Shown here: piece after piece, positions 59,801 through 64,000 of the stretch
Position numbering within the stretch: the stretch's first letter is position 1
Layout: each line of letters begins with the position of its first letter
Source: Elsinoe ampelina
Taxonomy: Eukaryota
Assembly (NCBI GenBank): GCA_010093995.1
Contig: ML992512.1
Location: 575,319 to 639,318, forward strand
DNA: 64,000 nt
Direction of reading: 5' to 3'
The notes under the pieces: generated by a model
What the model was told of the DNA's origin: nothing
Seen by the model: the letters and a program-made list of their open reading frames with translations, nothing else
The model's database searches: none
Translations under genes and position numbers: made by a program

Positions 59801-62800
59801 AGGAGCTAGACAACAAACTAGATGCACTTGTCGTGGTTGTTGTCGTCATCGTTGGGGAGAAGGAAATGGTTGAAGCCGAGGAGGATGTTACATAGCTTAA
59901 AGGTGTTGGTACAGCCTCTACCGTAGAGCTACTCGAGATCTCGAGAGACGATGAAACAGACAACGCGATAATTGTGCTCGTAGTCGATTTGCTTGCTGTT
60001 GTCGAAACCTCCAGCAGCGATGAGGAAGAATTAACACTTGTGTTAGTTGTGCTTGTCAGTGCAGACATGGTCGTCGAGATCGCGGGCGTTACCGAGGAAG
60101 AGGAATTCGGTAATGAGCTGAAGGTGCTCATTGTACTTGCGCTTGTTACAGTCGTTTCTGGTTCAAATGACAAGGAACTGCCCATAAAACTCGATGTGGT
60201 AGTGCTCTTTGTCAAGGTCGTCGAAGATAAAATCGAGGCCATAGAGCTCACTGGGCTTGATATAGAGATCAGGCTTGCTGATGTTGGCAACGTAGATGCA
60301 GGTAATGAGCCTGATACGCTCGAAGAGGTTTTGGATATGGTGGGGAGATCTGTAGAAACTGGAGAGAATGGAATACTTGACGAGGAGCTGAACGGAGTAC
60401 TGAATGAATTCGTCGTAGTGGTGGAAGTTGCAATATCAGATTCGGAAGAGGGGAGGATGCTGCTTGTTGTGCCAGAGGCGATGAGATCTGTGATCGTCGG
60501 CTGCAGACTTTGGTCCAAGCTGCTCGTTATGCTGAGATCAGCAGCAGAACCTGATGAAGACATAGATGTGATTGACATTGAACTGCTTGCTTCGGTTGTG
60601 CTAGGAGATGCCTCTGAGAGAAGAGGTGACGAAGTTGGACTGCTTTGATATGATGTGGTGAGGGCAGATGTTGATGTCATCGTTGGAGGAAGGGAACTGC
60701 TGCCAATCGTCGCCATCGTGGTTATCAGAGAGAGAGCGAAGCTGCCAGATGTGCTGGGTGAATCCATGCTGCTCGATGGTAGAATTGTAGTGAAAAAGAG
60801 CGAAGAGGACAGGTTCGTCAGACTTGGGGCGGCGTCGGTCGGACTTGATAGGAGGTCGGAGGAGCTGGTCGTGCTTGTAGTGGCGCTTGTAGAGGAGAAA
60901 GCGCCCGTTGGGATCGTACTGCCAGAAGTCGTGAGTAGTGCATTTGACACGCCATCGCTTGTGCTCTCCAGGGTCGGGCTAGTGGCAAAGCCCTCGGATG
61001 TAGAAGCGTCCAAACCCACTGTGAGCATTGCCATGGAGGATATTGCTGAAGTTGATAAGCTGCTCGAAGTGAAGCTTGTGGTATCCAGAGATAAATCTTG
61101 GCGGCTCGTGGTCAATAGCTGACTTGAGCTGCTCGTAGCTGTTCCCGACAGTAGCGAAGACGAGATACCAGAGCTGCTAGTCTCCGCGATCGAGGATGCA
61201 AGGGCCGTAGATGAGGCCTGGTCGCCAGACGGATCTGTACTGCCGATTCTACTGGACGATGGCGATGTCGAACCGAGGCTGCTGGCTGTGCTCGAAGATG
61301 ATGGGAGGGAATTCAGATCACTTGTGTCCGCCGCTGATGACACCTGATTGTCAATCGTGGTCGTAGACAACGGCCATGAGCTACTTTGCGAGCTCATGAG
61401 ATTAGTTGCACTTGCGGTCAAGTCTGACAAGGCTAAGCTACTTGACAACGTGGACCATGGATTGGACGCGGCGTCCGTAGAAGGTATTGACGGCGATGCA
61501 GAAGTCGATGAGCTGATAAAATAGCTGTATGCGCTGGAGATAGAAGCGGCGGAGATCGTGAGACTCTGATCTGACGATGTGGAGCCGCTCAAGACGCCAG
61601 ACGGATTGTTCATTGAGCCACCGGAGGATTCGCCTTTCGGACTGCTGTACAAAACTACGGTTGAGCTAGCAGGCGAGCTTACTGCTGAATCATCAGGAGT
61701 ACTGGCAAATGGACCATCAGACGAGCTACTAGAATGTAAGTTGAGCGTGATACTGGGCACGTTGCTAGGCTGGTTGTCGGATGAGCTGCCAGATATGGTG
61801 TCAGTTGGAAGAAGAGTAGACGAAGGGTATGGTAAAGACTCAATCGGCTCGCTAGTGGACGATAAGGTGGAAAGTGCGGTGATCGTCATGGACAGTGATG
61901 AGCTCGATAGGATAGGCGGAAAGGCGGTCGTGTCAGTCGTAGAGGGCGTGCTTCTGGATTGTGAGGCCGGTATGGCAAGTGTGTTGCTGCTGATCAAATC
62001 GATTACGGTCCGGGTCGATGTCTCCGATGTGGTGAATGATGAGATGTCCGAGACAGATGTCGGTGTCGATTCTGTTTCCGCCATGAAAGTCTCGGTAGAA
62101 GCAGAGCTGCTCACTAAATCCTCGGACAGCGAGCTCAACATGCTCATGCCACTGGATGGCATGCTGGTAGAAGCGTCTGTCGAGCTATCGTTGGAGCTGT
62201 CAGACACCCTACTGGAGACGTCGCTCAGGTAGATACTGGCGGGGGTACTTGATGAGTCCATAAAAGTCACGATGAATACATCGCTAGAGATCATCTCCCA
62301 AGTCCCCGTCGTGGGGCTCGGTAGACTGCTGATGGAGGTGGGGACGAGGCTGGGCTCTGTTGTTCCAGGGAATGTTGCAAGCGAGAAAGCACTCGGGGTT
62401 GCCTTTGTGAATGTCATGCTTGCCGGGGTAAGCATCGAAGGGCCAGACGCAGTATTAGAGAATCTGTCGTCGGAGCTGCCAGGCAGAGAGGGTGATGTAA
62501 GCGTTGCAGGAGGCGAGACAGTGTCAGACATGCTATAAGAAGCGAGCGTGATGGTCGCCGAGAGAAGATCGGTAGAGGATGAGACCTCAGTCACTGTCTC
62601 GAGTGAAGGTACTGGAGATAGCAATGAAAAAGAACTTTGGGCGAGAGATGAAAGATCTCGAGAAGAGAATGGCACTGTCGTAGTCGTGCTGGTCGTGCCA
62701 ATGAAGGAAGGTAGTACCGATGTATCGGTACTACTGGCAAGATAGCCAGATCGAGGGCCTGATGTTATGATAACAGGTACGCTGATGTCGCTGTTGGACT

Positions 62801-64000
62801 CACTCGTCGAGGTTGACTCAACGGATGAGGTCGCCCTTACTATGGCGCTTGCAGTCACGGACACTGGAAGCGGGTCGTAGGCAGACGAACCGGAACCGGG
62901 CGAGGTGGACCCCAGGTCCATTATAGAAGTCGATTGATTAGCCAGCGACGAATTCAGACTAGAAGAAGAATTGTTCGACGAGACCGTCAGAGACTGGTAG
63001 AGGAACGGATCCTTTGAAGAAGTAGAAGCCGAGCTCCGGGACGAGCTGGGAGATGTACTATTATATATGTTCGTCAGAAGACCAGGTGAAGAAACAGCTG
63101 CATCCATGGATGACAACAAGAATATCGAGCTTGCCAGTGAGCTAGACGCTGAGCTTATGCTGGAGCCTGGGGTTGCACTCTCGATACTCGACGACAATGA
63201 CGAGCTACCGAAGAATGGATCTGCCACGCTTGATGAACTCGACGGAAAGAACTCCTCGCTAGACGCAGGAGTGCTCGGCAAAGAGCTGTTGGTATCTGGC
63301 GTTTCAATCCCCGAAGATGTTGCCGTATCAAGCGGTGATGCGTATGGCAAGCCCGAGAATATGACAGCGCTGGACGAATCCAAGGACAACGAGGAAGATG
63401 AGGCAATGGAGTACTCGGTTCCTGGCAGCGCTGTGGCAGTGATCGTTGGTGGGAGCGAAGTCGAAGAAGTCATCAAGCGAGATGATTCTAGAGTGGTCCT
63501 TGGTGCTATTGTCGACGCAGGGCTTGTCGACGCCAGGCTAGTGGTGGTGAATGATAAATCCGACGACGTGGTCAATTGCGTGTCCGATTCCAAAGGAAGC
63601 GGTCCAGAAGATGGGTTTGGAGACGAGAGTGATGATGAGTAGAGACTCCTCGGAGACAGTATCGATTTACTTTGACTGCTTCCATCGCGGGCTGCTGTAG
63701 AGGTCAAATTGGAGAGGAGACCTTCGGAGGTTGGGCTCATTTCTGAACGAGATGGAGAATTCGAGACAGACATGGATTGGATTCTGCTAGTCACTGGCGT
63801 AGCAGGTTGGGCGGACTGACTATTGCCGGGAGTTTCTTGAACGTTGCTGCTTGCCACAGAAATGGACTCCGAGGGAGCTGGCAGAAGTACCGGTATCTCT
63901 GTGGTCGAGATGGGCTGCAAAATCGTTGGCGTCATCGGGGCAAGTGAAACGGTTTGAGGTTCATCGAGCAAGGGAGTCGAGGACGATGAGCTGGTGGGTG
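56894..64000 (-). CDS. Giant Ser/Thr-rich mucin-like protein (>2300 aa, 5' end outside window)
   Basis: Continuous S/T/P-rich frames on both sides of the gap at 58496-58620, which lies in a 12-bp STSS tandem repeat. Ends SCAGRIDALGLCVL*. Confidence 0.8.
58458..58658. repeat. 12-bp tandem repeat CTTGAAGATGTG spanning an assembly gap
   Basis: About 3 copies on each side of the N run 58496-58620. Confidence 0.9.

Noticed and set aside
56862..63642. Long Val/Glu/Asp-rich ORFs on the + strand
   Set aside because: Antisense shadows of Ser/Thr codons of the minus-strand mucin.

Overview
Genomic window from a filamentous ascomycete with active repeat-induced point mutation (RIP): short GT-AG introns with CTRAC branch sites, and two AT-rich, TpA-saturated transposon blocks. 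Bases 1-2793 are the 3' part of a RIP-killed Ty1/copia element. Bases 38352-48695 are a Tc1-like DD34E DNA transposon with 40-bp TIRs and a second ORF, into which a complete chromovirus-type Ty3/gypsy element (40316-47246, TSD ATACC) has inserted. Host genes encode a Zn2Cys6 transcription factor, a NAP-family chaperone, PP1 inhibitor-2, an M18 aminopeptidase, a DUF4048-like protein, WDR26/GID7, a multi-pass membrane protein, an inositol 5-phosphatase, a CHY zinc finger, proteasome alpha4, D-lactate/D-2-hydroxyglutarate dehydrogenase and a giant Ser/Thr-rich mucin. The most notable observations are: (1) an alpha/beta-hydrolase pseudogene broken by two 5-bp TA-C(A/T)G-TA insertions that match the excision footprint expected from the Tc1 element ends in this window; (2) an intronless minimal Pol X-like nucleotidyltransferase; (3) an intronless secreted CAP-like protein that looks bacterial; (4) recurrent sharp C-rich to G-rich skew flips that override synonymous codon usage inside genes; (5) hidden accessory ORFs in both nested transposons. 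All family calls come from motif recognition by eye; no searches were run.
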